Part shown: piece after piece, positions 39,984-52,700 of the stretch
Position numbering within the stretch: position 1 is the first letter of the stretch
Layout: each line of letters begins with the position of its first letter
From: Anaeramoeba ignava BMAN
Lineage: Eukaryota; Protista; Anaeramoebae
Assembly (NCBI GenBank): GCA_028826165.1
Contig: JAPDFW010000092.1
Coordinates: 310,001-374,000, forward strand
DNA length: 64,000 bases
Reading direction: 5' to 3'
Position numbers and translations under genes: made by a program
The notes under the pieces: model-generated
Seen by the model: the letters and a program-made list of their open reading frames with translations, nothing else
What the model was told of the DNA's origin: nothing
Databases searched by the model: none

Positions 39984-42805
39984 TTAATAAATGTTAGTTT
40001 TATATTTTTGTGAAATATAATTTCTTGCTTCTGTTTCAATTTTTTCTAAACTATTAAATTGTTTTTTCTTTTTTTGTGGGAATGGTTTATGAAAAAATAT
40101 TTCTCTTGATGGAGTAACTCTTGAAAAGAAAGTTCCTGAATAATTTCTAATTTTACAAATTAGAATACAATATTTAATTTAGGATTGATTTAATTTTGAT
40201 TTAATTTTGATTTAATATTGATTTAATTTTCATTTAATTTTGATTTAATTTTGATTTAATTTTGATTTAATTTTGATTTAATTTTGATTTAATATTGATT
40301 TAATTTTGATTTGATATTGATTTAATTTTGATTTAATTTTCATTTAATTTTGATTTAATTTTGATTTAATTTTGATTTAATTTTGATTTAATTTTGATTT
40401 GATATTGATTTTACTCTAAAATTAATTGAGATATTTCTTCGTTAGAGTGAAAAATATTATGACAAATTGATGAAGTTCGAAGAAATTGAAAATCATTTTC
40501 AATATAAGGATCAATATCTGAAATTGAAATTTTCTTTAAAAAACGATCAAAAATAATAGAATTTGGATTCTTTTTATAAAATAAAACAAAGTTAAATAAA
40601 ATGAATATATTTTTGATCTCTTGAAATAATTTAATTTTATCAATAAAAATACAAGATTTTGTTTAGGAGATTGTTTAACAGAATTTGGTTTTGGAGATGA
40701 AACAAGATAATTATGAAGTTTTTTCATTTTGGAATGAAATTTTGTTTGCTTTTAATTTTTTTTTAAATTTGAATTTTTTGTTTTGGAAATTAATTTTTTT
40801 TTTCTTTAAAATTTAAATTAAAGAAAATTCACAATTGTTTTAATTTTCTTCTCATCAAAAATTCTTGATAATTGTGTGATTATAATGAATGATAATTCTT
40901 TAAATTTAGAAATAGTTAATCCAAGATATTTTCCATCTTGATGTTTTTTAAGAAAAACCTAACAATTTTTATTTTAAAGAATATTATTTTAAAGAATATT
41001 ATTTTGAATATTATTTTAAAGAATATTATTTTGAATATTATTTTAAAGAATATTATTTTGAATATTATTTTGAATATTATTTTAAATATTATTTTAAATA
41101 TTATTTTGAATAATTATTTTTAATATTATTTTGAATATTATTTTAAATATTATTTTGAATATTATTGTTGATACTTCTGGTATTTTTTCACCATATCTTG
41201 AATTATATCTGAATAATTGATTCATATCTTTCTTAGAAAGTTGATCATAGCTTTCGGATTTTGTTGATTTAATTAAAACTGGAGAATTTAATCCATTTTT
41301 CTTAAGCATAGAAAATGAATATCCTTGTGAATGAGAACGTTTTATTTGATCTTGATTTGAAAAATTGTAAAAATTATAATGATTATTATTATTATTGTTG
41401 TTATTATTGTTATTGTTGTTTTCATTTTCGTTTTCAATTTGATTTTCAATTTGATTTTGATTTTGATTTTGATTTTGAATTTGATTTTGATTTTCAATTT
41501 GATTTTGATTTTCAATTTGATTTTGATTTTGATTTTGATTTTGATTTTGATTTTGATTTTGATTTTGAATTTGATTTTGGTTTTGATTTTGATTTTGATT
41601 TTCAATTTGATTTTGATTTTGATTTTGATTTTGATTTTCACTTTCATTTTCATTTTCAAAATTTTTATCATTTTTATTCTTGAAGAAAAAAACAGGAACA
41701 CTTTCCAAAATTGTGAAATCTTTTTCTGATTCTATTAATAATTGTTTTCTTAAATTTTCAGTTGAATAACCAAATAATTCAAAATCTTCAATTTTTTCAT
41801 CAGTAATTTTAAATTGTTGTAATTCTTTTTCAGTTAAATAAAGTAATCTAATATAAGAATATTGAGTTGAAACAAAATCAAGACTTCCACAAATATATTT
41901 ATTATCATAAAGTAAACAAGCATCAATACAACCATCAGTTAATTGAATTTCTTCAATAATTTGAGTTGCTAAAAGAAAAAATCTTCGAGATCCCTTTTAA
42001 AAAATGAAAAAAATGTTTGAAAATTTAAAAAGAAATTATTTTTTGTTGATTTTTTTTTACTTTTGGAAAATCAAAATATGGAAGATGATGAAAAGGAGAA
42101 AGAAGAAGATTTGTTAGATCAAACATTTTTGAAAAGAGTAATGGAACTAATTCTCGTGTTGCTTGTTCTAATAAGCTTTTAAAATAATCTTCTGAACCTT
42201 CTGCTCTCTTTAAAACATTTCAATTAAAATTCATTTATAAAATTAAAATTAAAATTCATTTATAAAATTAAAATTAATATTAAAATTAAAATTAAAATTA
42301 AAATTAAAATTAAAATTAAAATTAAAATTAAAATTAAAATTAAAGTTAAAATTAAAATTAAAATTCATTTATAAAATTAAAATTAAATATTAATATTAAT
42401 TAAATAGAATTGATTTACTTCTCGTAAATGTTTTATTGAATGATTGAAAAATTTAAAACAATCAATAAAGAAATGATGATGTTCTCTTAAAGTTTCATCA
42501 ATAATATTCAAAGAAGATTGAGCAAAAACAGAAAGTATAGAATCACCAATAGGAATAACACTAATTTTCAAAGTAGATAAAGAAACAATATCAAGATTAT
42601 TTGGAGTGAGATTTTTCATTGAGTCTCTAATTGAAAGAATTGCTCCAGCTAATTTTTCTTGCATTTGTTTATTGATTTTTGGTGGAAAAATACATAAACA
42701 TTTTTCTGGTTGTTCATCTTCATTTTCTATTTCTTCTAAACAAATTTCTTTAATCCAACAAATAAATCCTTCATTAAAAGGATTTTGAGTATTTTCTAAA
42801 TTCAT
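39984..42805 (-). CDS. HPS4: BLOC-3 subunit HPS4-like tri-longin protein (630 aa)
   Basis: Seven GT-AG exons, all in frame (1893 nt): 42805-42419, 42207-42061, 41993-41175, 40958-40833, 40748-40653, 40569-40415 and 40146-39984. The N-terminal longin (EDEQPEKCLCIFPP...QEKLAG...CFKFFNHSI), central FLLATQIIEE..CIDACLLY, and C-terminal FDR...FLRTSSICHNIF...ILENYSGTFFSRVTPSREIFF match my recollection of HPS4/CCZ1-family motifs; HPS4 is preferred over CCZ1 on the C-terminus. Confidence 0.72.
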
Positions 42806-42992
42806 TATAAATAAAGAATGAAAAAAATGAAAAAAATGAAAAAAATGAAAAATTAAATTCAATTTTAAATTTAAATCAATTTTATTCCAAAAAATCGAAA
42901 TAAATCAAAAAAAAAGAAAATCATTCAAAAAAAAAGAATTGAATCAAAAAATTAGAAAAGAAAAGAAAAGAAAAGAAAAGAAAAGAAAGAAA

Positions 42993-45900
42993 TTATTTTC
43001 TTTTTCTCGCCATTTTTGAATATTGACGTGATTGATGATAATTTTTGATTGAAACATCTGATCGACGAGAAAAAGGAGATTTCTTTTTCTCTTCAATATC
43101 CATCATCAATTGATTTTGAACAAGAGAGTTTGTATGTAAATAAGTATTTGAGGAAGTTTCATAACGCATTTTCAACTCATGAGTCTTTGCTCTACTCATA
43201 ACCTTGTTGGTTAACTCTTGGGCTTGGTTAGTCAATCTCAGAGCTCTCTCATGCTCATTCCGCAAAGCAGCTTCTGTTGCTCTCTCGAGGACATTTGCGT
43301 TTATAATATCAAGATCAACTTCTTCTTGTGCGATTTCTTCATCTGTTGTGACTTTAAGTTTTTCTGTTATGATTCTCAAGTGTTTTGAGCCGTCAACTGA
43401 TTTATATTCAATTTGGAACTGCACATAAATGGCGGGGATATTAGTATCGGTTTTGAAATCATAATTGTATGTGATGCTCTCGTCTGCAGTCACATTTCCT
43501 CGCTCCTCATAATGAATGGATTTGAACTCGTTATTTTTGTCTTTCATTTCTTCTTTTGATTGTTCAGAAGAATCATAAATAAAACAATCATTTGTGATGA
43601 AAATCTTGATTCCAACTTGGGTCGCAATTACTTGACCAGAGAGAAATTCCTTGAACTTTGATTTCATTTCCTCGGGCTTTACAATATCCAGATCGCCACC
43701 TGTTTCTTGGGCCACTTTTCCTATTTTTTCCAAATAGCAATCCGTATCATCAAAAGTTAGAACATTAACAACAATGCCTTTGTTCTTGCATTCAATGGAT
43801 AATTGTTCGTAGAAATCATCCTTCTCGTTTTTGCTCTCAACAGAACCTATCCCGACATTACTCTGTCCGTCAGTACAAAGTACTACTTTCGATCCACTTT
43901 TTAACCCTGCAATTTCAGACGAAATCAAAAGTGCTGGTCCCAATGCAGTCATCCCTCTGTGTGTCAAAGACTTGAGCTCTTCCAGTAGGATTTGTTTGGA
44001 TTGTCCTATTTCGGGGGGAATCCATTTTCTTCCTAATTCTCTTAGTTTCTCAATATCTTTTTGTTCGTCTGAATTCAATATTTTTTTGATATTTTTTGAG
44101 TCCGCATGAATTTCCACTTTGGATTCGAATGAAACAAGAGCAACTCTGGTTTCTGGATGTTCTTCTACAAAGGTCTGCATCTGTGCGCGCACTGCAAGCT
44201 TCAGGCAGTCTAGTCTTGTAGCTTGTGTTGTGATAAGTTCTTTCTTCTTTTTTTTCTTCTTCTTTTTCTTCTTTTTTTTCTTGATTTGTTTCTTGGTTTA
44301 ATTGTTGGTTTAATTGTTGATTTGCGAATGGATCTAATTGTAAGTTTAAGTTGTTGGGAATTTGAAGTCTTTGTTGGACTAATGGTTTTCTTTGTCTCAT
44401 ATGATGTTTGTTTCGTACTCTTTCTTGTTCTGGATGTCTTCCAATAAAGTTGTAAATCTCTTCTCGTGTTCCTTGAATCTAAATATTAAATATTAAATAT
44501 TGAATTAAATATTAAATTGAATTAAATTGAATTGAATTAAATTGAATTGAATATTAAATTGAATTAAATTGAATTGAATATTAAATATTGAATTAAATAT
44601 TAAATTGAATTGAATTGAATTGAATTAAATATTGAATTGAATATTAAATTGAATAAATTAAATATTAAATTAAATATTAAAAATATTAAAATTAAAATTA
44701 AATTAAATAAATTAAATATTAAATTGAATATTGAATTAAAATTGAATATTGAATTGAATCAAATTGAATTAAATTAAATTGAATATTAAATTGAATTGAA
44801 TTAAATTAAATTGAATATTGAATTGAATTGAATTGAATTAAATATTAAATTGAATTAAATTGAATTAAATTAAATATTGAATTAAATATTGAATTGAATT
44901 GGAATTAAATTGAATATTGAATTGAATATTAAATATTGAATTAAAATTAAATTGAATTAAATTGAAATTAAATTGAATATTAAATATTAAATTGAATTAA
45001 ATTGAATTAAATTAAATTAAATTAAATTGAATTGAATATTAAATTAAATTGAATTAAGAATTAAATTGAATTGAATTGAATATTAAATATTAAATTGAAT
45101 TAAATTAAATATTGAATTAAATTGAATATTAAATTGAATTAAATTGAATTGAATTCAAATTGAATTAAATTAACATTAAATTGAATTGAATTAAAATTAA
45201 ATATTGAAAATTAAATTGAATAAAATTAAATATTGAAATTAAATTAAATTAAATTGAATTAAATTAAAATTGAATATTAAATTGAATTAAATTAAATTAA
45301 ATATTGAATTGAATAAATTAAATTAAAATTAAATTGAATTAAAATTAAAATTAAATTGAATTAAATTGAATTGAATATTAAATATTAAATTGAATTGAAT
45401 ATTCAATATTGAATTAAATATTAAATATTGAATTAAATATTGAATTGAATTAAATTAAATTGAATTATTGAATTGAATTAAATATTAAATATTGAATCAA
45501 ATTGAATTGAATTGAATTGAATTAAATGAATATTAAATTGAATTGAATTAAATTAAATATTAAATATTGAATTGAATTGAATTGAATTTGAATTGAATTA
45601 AATATTGAATTGTATTGAATTGAATTAAATTAAAATATTGAATTGAATATTAAATTGAATATTAAATTGGAATTAAAATTGAATTAAATTGAATATTAAA
45701 TTGAATTGAATTGAATTGAATTAAATTAAATTGAATTAAATTAAATTAAATTGAATTGAATTAAATATTGAATTGAATATTAAATTAAATATTGAATTGA
45801 ATTGAATATTAAATTAAATTAAATATTGAATTGAATATTAAATTAAATTGAATTAAATTAAATATTGAATTAAATTGAATTAAATTGAATTAAATTAAAT

Positions 45901-46582
45901 TAAATTGTATTGAATTAAATTGAATTAAATATTGAATTAAATATTGAATTGTATTGAATTGAATTGAATTAAATTAAATATTAAATTATATTGAATATTG
46001 AATTAAATAGAATTAAATTGAATATTAAATTGAATTAAATTGATTTGAATTAAATATTAAAAATTGATTTGAATTTGTTAAAAAAAATATTACAGTATAA
46101 CGATGAGACATAGAACCTGAAATATCAATACAAAAAACAACAATTTCACCAGTTGAATCAATATTTTCTTTTTGATCTAAATCAGATTGAAAAAGAACAA
46201 AATCAGTTTCAGGTTTTTCAGGTTTTTGATTTACAAGTTCATTTGGAATTAAATTTTTTTTTCCACAAAATTCACAATTCCAAATTAAATTTGAAGGATT
46301 TTGAGGATCTTCATTTTGAAAATCAGAAAAAGAATTCAAAGCAGCTCCACATGAACAAACAAAAGGTTTTCCAATTTGATCGTGTTTGCGATTTGAAAGT
46401 GATTCAAACTGTAAATAAATAATATTGGAACTTATTTCTTCTAAATCATTTTGTGCTTTTTCTTCTTTTTCTTTTTCTTTTTCTTTCTCTTTTTCTTTTT
46501 CTTTTTCTTTTTTTTCTTCTTTTATTCCTTGTTCTTTTGATCTTAATCTTTGATGAGCAAATTTAGAAGCAAAACTTAACAT
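42993..46582 (-). CDS. Sec23/24-type Zn-finger + vWA domain protein (like the vWA region of circularly permuted Ras protein 1, without Ras)
   Basis: Exons 46582-46094 and 44478-42993, with one frameshift between ~44205 and 44280. CSCG...WNCEFCG Zn ribbon, MIDAS VFCIDISGSM, TRLDCLKLAV, GMTALGPAL and VVLCTDGQSNVGIG. Confidence 0.8.
44479..46093. repeat. Intronic pentamer-based (AATTG/AATTA, AATATTG)n microsatellite
   Basis: 1615-nt intron composed almost entirely of repeat. Confidence 0.9.
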
Positions 46583-47013
46583 CTTTTTTTAAAAATTTAA
46601 AATGAAAAAAATGAAATTATTTTTTTTTCCTTTTTTTTCTTTTTTTCTTTTTTTTTTAGTTAAATTGAGAAAAATTTAAAAACAATTTTTTGCTTTAATG
46701 AAACTATTCAAAATTTTTTATCAAACAAATTTGAAAAAAAAGAAAAGGAAAAAAAAAAAGCAAAAAAAAAAGAATTTGAATTTAAAAAAAAAAATCAAAA
46801 AAATTAAACAAAACTAACTTCAAAAAAAAAAAATCAATTTTGAAAAGAAAAAGTGGAATTGAATCGTTTCAAATTGTTTTCCTTTTAAGAAGTTCAAAAG
46901 CTTAATTCTTTTGTTTTTTTTTTTTGATTTTTTTGATGATTTTGTTTCAGAATTTCCCAACAAGTAAAAGAGGAAGAAAGGAAAAGAATTTTTCAAATGA
47001 AAATGAATTGAAA

Positions 47014-49035
47014 TTAAATCATTGGATCACCATAATTACTTTGATTCAAATCAATTGTGGGAAAATTTTGATTTGAAAAATTTACAGAATTTGAATAAGG
47101 AGGTTTATAATTGAAATTTTCTACATTTTGAGTTTCGAATTGATTTGAAACTTGATATTGAGGAATTAATTGAGGATATGAAAAAACAGGTTGAGGATAA
47201 AAATCTGTTGAGTTTTGCAAAACATAATAAGTCATAATTGGTGCATTTGATTGATAGTTTTCTGAAGGAAAGGTTTGATCAGGTGAAACATAAGTAACCC
47301 AATTATTCAAAGGTAACAAATTAGAATTTGATTGGGCAAATTGTGATTGAAAAGGAATGTTTTCTTCTAAAGGATAAAATGGTTTAGTTATTTTTTTTGT
47401 TTGTCTTGATCTCTTTGTTTGAATTAAGGCTTCTTGTAAAAGCTCTTGATTTGGATCTGAAGGTAAATTGATATCATTGTTATTTATATTGTTATTATTG
47501 ATGTTATTGTTATTGATATTATTATTATTATTGATGTTATTGTTATTATTGATGTTATTCTCATTCTTTTGATTTTCAATAATTTCTTTGGAGGAAACAA
47601 TTAGATCAGGATCAGTTGGATTTGGTCGTTTTTTGCGTGTGGATCTTGTGGATATTTTTTCAGTTGAACAATATGAACATTCCGTGTTTGATTGTTTTAC
47701 TTTTTCTTTTGGTTTTGCTTTTTTTGGTCTTCCTCTTGTTTTTCCTTTTGGTTTTTGTTTTGTTTTGGGTTTTTTGGTTTTTTTCTTTAATTGTTTAGTT
47801 CTTTCCGTAATTTCTTCAATAATTGAGGTGATTGTTTTTTGGTTTGTTTCTTCATTAAAGGAAATGGTTTCATTAACATCAATTTGATCAGGATTTGGAA
47901 AAGTTGGAGAAGTGTAATGAAATGAAGAATCCCAATTTTCTTTGAATTTTTGACTTAATTTTTGGAAAAAATATGGTGATAAAAAAGATTTTTTTAAGGC
48001 TTGATGTTTAGATTGAATTTTGAGTCTTAATTTCTCAGTTAAACCAATTAATTTCAAATTGAGTAATCTTCTCTTTTGTCTTAAAGCAATTAATTTTGCT
48101 GAATAATCTTGTAAATAAGGTAGAACATTTGCTTGTTTAAAATTCCAATGAATAGAACTACCTCTTTTTGAAGATCCATGAATTAAGCCAATACCTTGAT
48201 AAACAGATAAAACAGTGCAAATTCTTTGTTTGGCAAAGCCAGTGTTGTTAGTCAACTCTGCTCTAGTTTTTGGACCTAAAATTAAATTAAAAATTCAACA
48301 ATTCAATTTAATTCAATTCAGTTTAATTCAATTCAATTTAATATTCAATTTACCTTCAATTAATTGCCTTATAATCACAAAACTAACAATAGGTAGTGTT
48401 CTATGAATTTGATTTTCATAATTAAAATCATTTGGATTGCTTTGTTCTTTTGTATTTGGTGGTTGGCTTTTTGGTAATGGTTTACTTGAAAAAACAACTT
48501 TCCAAAATTGATTTAAAGAATAGAAATTATCAGAACGAAGGTCTTGAAAAACACCAAGTCTAATAAAAAGGTTATTAATAATTTCCAAACGATTTGCAAT
48601 TAAATTTTGAAAGTCAAGTAATTGGTGGTAATTTTCATCATCATTTTCAACTTGATTTTCATCATCATTTTCAACTTGATTTTCATCATGATTTTCATTT
48701 TGATTTTCATTTTGATTTTCATTTTGATTTTCATCATCATTTTCAACTTGATTTTCAACTTGGTTTTCATCATCATTTTCATTTTGTACATTTTGAGTTT
48801 TTTCAGTTGAATCTTTTAATCTTTGTTCAATTTCTTGTTTTTTTGGATTTTCTATTTCTTTTTGTAACCCCTTGAAATATTTGCTTTGTTGATCAATTTG
48901 TTTTTTGACTGAATCACTCGTTAGAAACAAAGATAATGCTTCAGTTAACTGAAAAGCTGGAGGTAAGTTAGCTTCTGTAAAAAGAAATCGTCCAAATTGC
49001 CAAACTAAAGGGTAAAAATCCAATGATTTTGACAT
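47014..49035 (-). CDS. Putative transcription factor with divergent E2F/DP-like winged helix and AT-hook-like motif
   Basis: Exons 49035-48354 and 48275-47014. Spliced IIRQLIEGPKTRAELTNNTGFAKQRICTVLSVYQGIGLIHGSSKRGSSIHWN, followed by a coiled coil, KTRGRPKK and a Q/P/Y-rich tail. Confidence 0.55.
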
Positions 49036-49714
49036 CAAATTTAAACAAAACAAAAAAAACAAACAAATAAACGAAAAGAAAAAGATAAAGATAAATTGGT
49101 GAAAAAAAAAATGAGTTTTTGAAATTTTTTTTTTTGTTTTTTGTTTTTTTTTTTTTTTCGATCGTTTAATTAGCCGGCAAATATGTTTCAAAATCTAGCA
49201 AATAATTTTGGTGACAATCAAACATTTAAAAAACAAATTAATTTTAAAATCGATTAATATCCCTAAAAAATTAAATGGGAATTGGCCCAAAGTAATTTAT
49301 TCGTGTTAAAAAAATTTAAGTGGATTTTTTTGATTTTAATTTATTTTTTTTTTTTATTTAAATTTCTTAATTGATTTGCTATATTGCTCTCTTTTGCCAC
49401 TATTTGTTTACTTAATTAAATAAAAAGAAAAAAAAAATTTTCTTTTTATTTTTCTTTTTATTTTTCTTTTTTAAATTTTAATTTTAATTTTTAACTTTAA
49501 TTTTAATTTTAAACTTTTAAATCTTTTTATAAATTAAAAAAGAAACAAAATTCATTTTTCTCCATTTTTTTATTTTTCTCCATTTTTTATTTTTCTCCAT
49601 TTTTTTTTTATTTTTCTCCATTTTTTTATTTTTTATTTTTCATTTTTTATTTTTCTTTTTTCATTTTTCTTTTTTATTTTTCTTTTTTCATTTTTTTTTT
49701 AAAATAATCAAATA

Positions 49715-52700
49715 ATGATTAATGAAGAAAATCAAAATAAAGAACAAAATAAAAGCGAAATTTTAATTGAAGAAATTCAAAAATTACTTTCTCAAACAAT
49801 GGGATTAATTAATCATGGAATTAAAAATAAAAATCCAAATAAAATTTCAATACAAACACAATCTCAAAATTCAATTCAAAGTCAAATAACTGAAAATTTA
49901 AAAAAAAAACTTAATAAATGGGTTGATGAAGATTCTCAAGAATTTTTAACTTCTGATGATATTAAACAATCAGAAAATCAACAACAAAATGAAATTTATA
50001 ACAAATCTCAACCAATAAATAAAAGTATTTTCTTTTTTCAATTTTAATTTTAATTTTAATTTTAATTTCAATTTTCAATTTTAATTTCAATTTCAATTTC
50101 AATTTTAATTTTAATTTCAATTTCAATTTTAATTTCAATTTTAAATTTCAATTTTAATTTTAATTTTAATTTCAATTTTAATTTCAATTTTAATTTTAAT
50201 TTTAATTTTAATTTTAATTTCAATTTTAATTTTAATTTTATTTTTAATTTCAATTTTAATTTTAATTTCAATTTTAATTTTAATTTTAATTTTAATTTTA
50301 ATTTTAATTTTAATTTTAATTTTAATTTTTAATTTTAATTTTAATTTCAATTTTAATTTTAATTTTAATTTTAATTTCAATTTTAATTTTAATTTTAATT
50401 TTAATTTCAATTTCAATTTTAATTTCAATTTTAATTTTTATTTTAATTTCAATTTTAATTTTAATTTTAATTTCAATTTTAATTTTAATTTTAATTTCAA
50501 TTTCAATTTTAATTTTAATTTTAATTTCAATTTTAATTTCAATTTTAATTTCAATTTTAATTTTTATTTTAATTTCAATTTTAATTTCAATTTAGAAACA
50601 TATAAACAACAATTAGAACAATCAATTCAAGAAAAAATAGTATCAGTTTCACTTGAAAAATGGAAAGAAAATCCAACTGAAGAATGGAATATTAATGTAT
50701 CACTTAATAATAAGTCTGAAAAAGAAAAAGAAAACGAACAAAGTATTTTCTTATTAAATATTTATAAATGAATAATTTTAAAAATAAATTTTTTTTAAAA
50801 AAAATGAAAAAACAAAAAATTACAAATAGTTAGTAATCATAAAAAGGAAGCAAATCTTGAAAATAGTAATAATATACACTTAAATTCTTCTTTAGATAAA
50901 TGGAAAGAAGATAATGATAATGATAATATTGATTTAACAAAAAAATCAACCAAAATGAATACAATATCTTTAGATAAATGGAAAGAAGAAAATGATAATG
51001 AAAATATTGATTTAACAAAAAAAACAACTAAAATGAATACAATATCTTTAGATAAATGGAAAGAAGATAATGTTAATGAAAATGAAGATGAAAATGATAA
51101 TGAAAATGAAAAAAAACCAGAAAAGAAAACTAAAATGAATACAATATCTTTAGATAAATGGAAAGAAGATAATGATAATGAAAATATTGATTTAACAAAA
51201 AAATCAACCAAAATGAATACAATATCTTTAGATAAATGGAAAGAAGATAATGATAATGACAATATTGATTTAACAAAAAAAACAACTAAAATGAATACAA
51301 TATCTTTAGATAAATGGAAAGAAGAAAATGATAATGAAAATGAAAATGATAATGATAATGAAAATGAAAAAAAACCAGAAAAAAAAACCAAAATGAATAC
51401 AATATCTTTAGATAAATGGAAAGAAGAAAATGATAATGAAAATGAAAATTATAATGAAAATGAAAAAAAACCAGAAAAGAAAACTAAAATGAATACAATA
51501 TCTTTAGATAAATGGAAAGAAGATAATGTTAATGAAAATGAAAAAAAACCAGAAAAGAAAACTAAAATGAATACAATATCTTTGGATAAATGGAAAGAAG
51601 AAAATGATAATGAAAATATTGATTTAACAAAAAAATCAACTAAAATGAATACAATATCTTTAGATAAATGGAAAGAAGATAATGTTAATGAAAATGAAGA
51701 TGAAAATGATAATGAAAATGAAAAAAAACCAGAAAAGAAAACTAAAATGAATACAATATCTTTGGATAAATGGAAAGAAGAAAATGATAATGAAAATATT
51801 GATTTAACAAAAAAATCAACTAAAATGAATACAATATCTTTAGATAAATGGAAAGAAGATAATGATAATGAAAATGAAAATGAAAATGAAAATGAAAATG
51901 AAAATGAAAATATTGATTTAACAAAAAAATCAAAAAAGAAAGCCAAAATGAATACAATGTCTTTGGATAAATGGAAAGAAGATAATGAACCAGAAAAAAT
52001 AAGTAAAATGAATACAATATCTTTAGACAAATGGAAAGAAGATAATGAAAATGATAATGAAAACGAAAACGAATACAATGGAAATGTTGATAAACATCCA
52101 AAAATAAAAACAATCAAATCCACATCAACCCTAGACAAATGGAAAGAAAAAACATCTTATGGTAACACATCACAACCAAAATCAGAAATCAACAAATCAA
52201 ATTCGCTTCCTTCAATCAATGAAAAACAAAAAGGAAAATATAAGCAAGACGAAGATCAAAAATCTGATGAATTTGACCCAATGGAATTTTCACTAAAAAA
52301 TCAAAAAAAGCCAAACACAAAATCATTTCTGGATAAATGGAAAGAAGAAGAGGAACAATATTACATTTCAAATTCATCGTTTGACGAAGCAAATTCAGAC
52401 ATAAATTCAGATTCTGCTTTTGATTCAGATTTCGAACAATCCCTTCAAGAAAATCCATTTAAACAAAACACACCAATACCAAAAACACCACAACTCAAGC
52501 AAAAACAACTTGAAACAATAACAAAATGGAAAGATAATGACAACACACTTTCCAAAAGTGAAAAGAAAAGCAAGGAATCCTCAGACGACGATGACTGGGG
52601 ATTCGAAATTGAAAACAAAAAAATAACTTCAAATGCTCTTCAGAAATTCAAAAAACAAACTGATATATCATCGCCTATGCTTAATACTCGTCCAATGAAA

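Larger units (their letters stand above)
31305..40414 (-). mobile_element. Candidate mobile/amplifying NTPase-REase cassette in an R-cassette-R-cassette-R array
   Basis: Two ~99% identical cassettes (~32600-35911 and ~36960-39920) separated and flanked by three copies of host HPS4 3' sequence. Mobility is inferred, not shown. Confidence 0.45.

Noticed and set aside
40536-40727. Independent small gene starting MKKLHNY
   Set aside because: An in-frame acceptor at 40749 and donor at 40832 join it to the upstream longin exons; it is the HPS4 C-terminus.
44220-44478. Intein in the vWA domain (HN-T tripeptide)
   Set aside because: No N-terminal Cys/Ser block A or TxxH block B; the insert is short and low-complexity.
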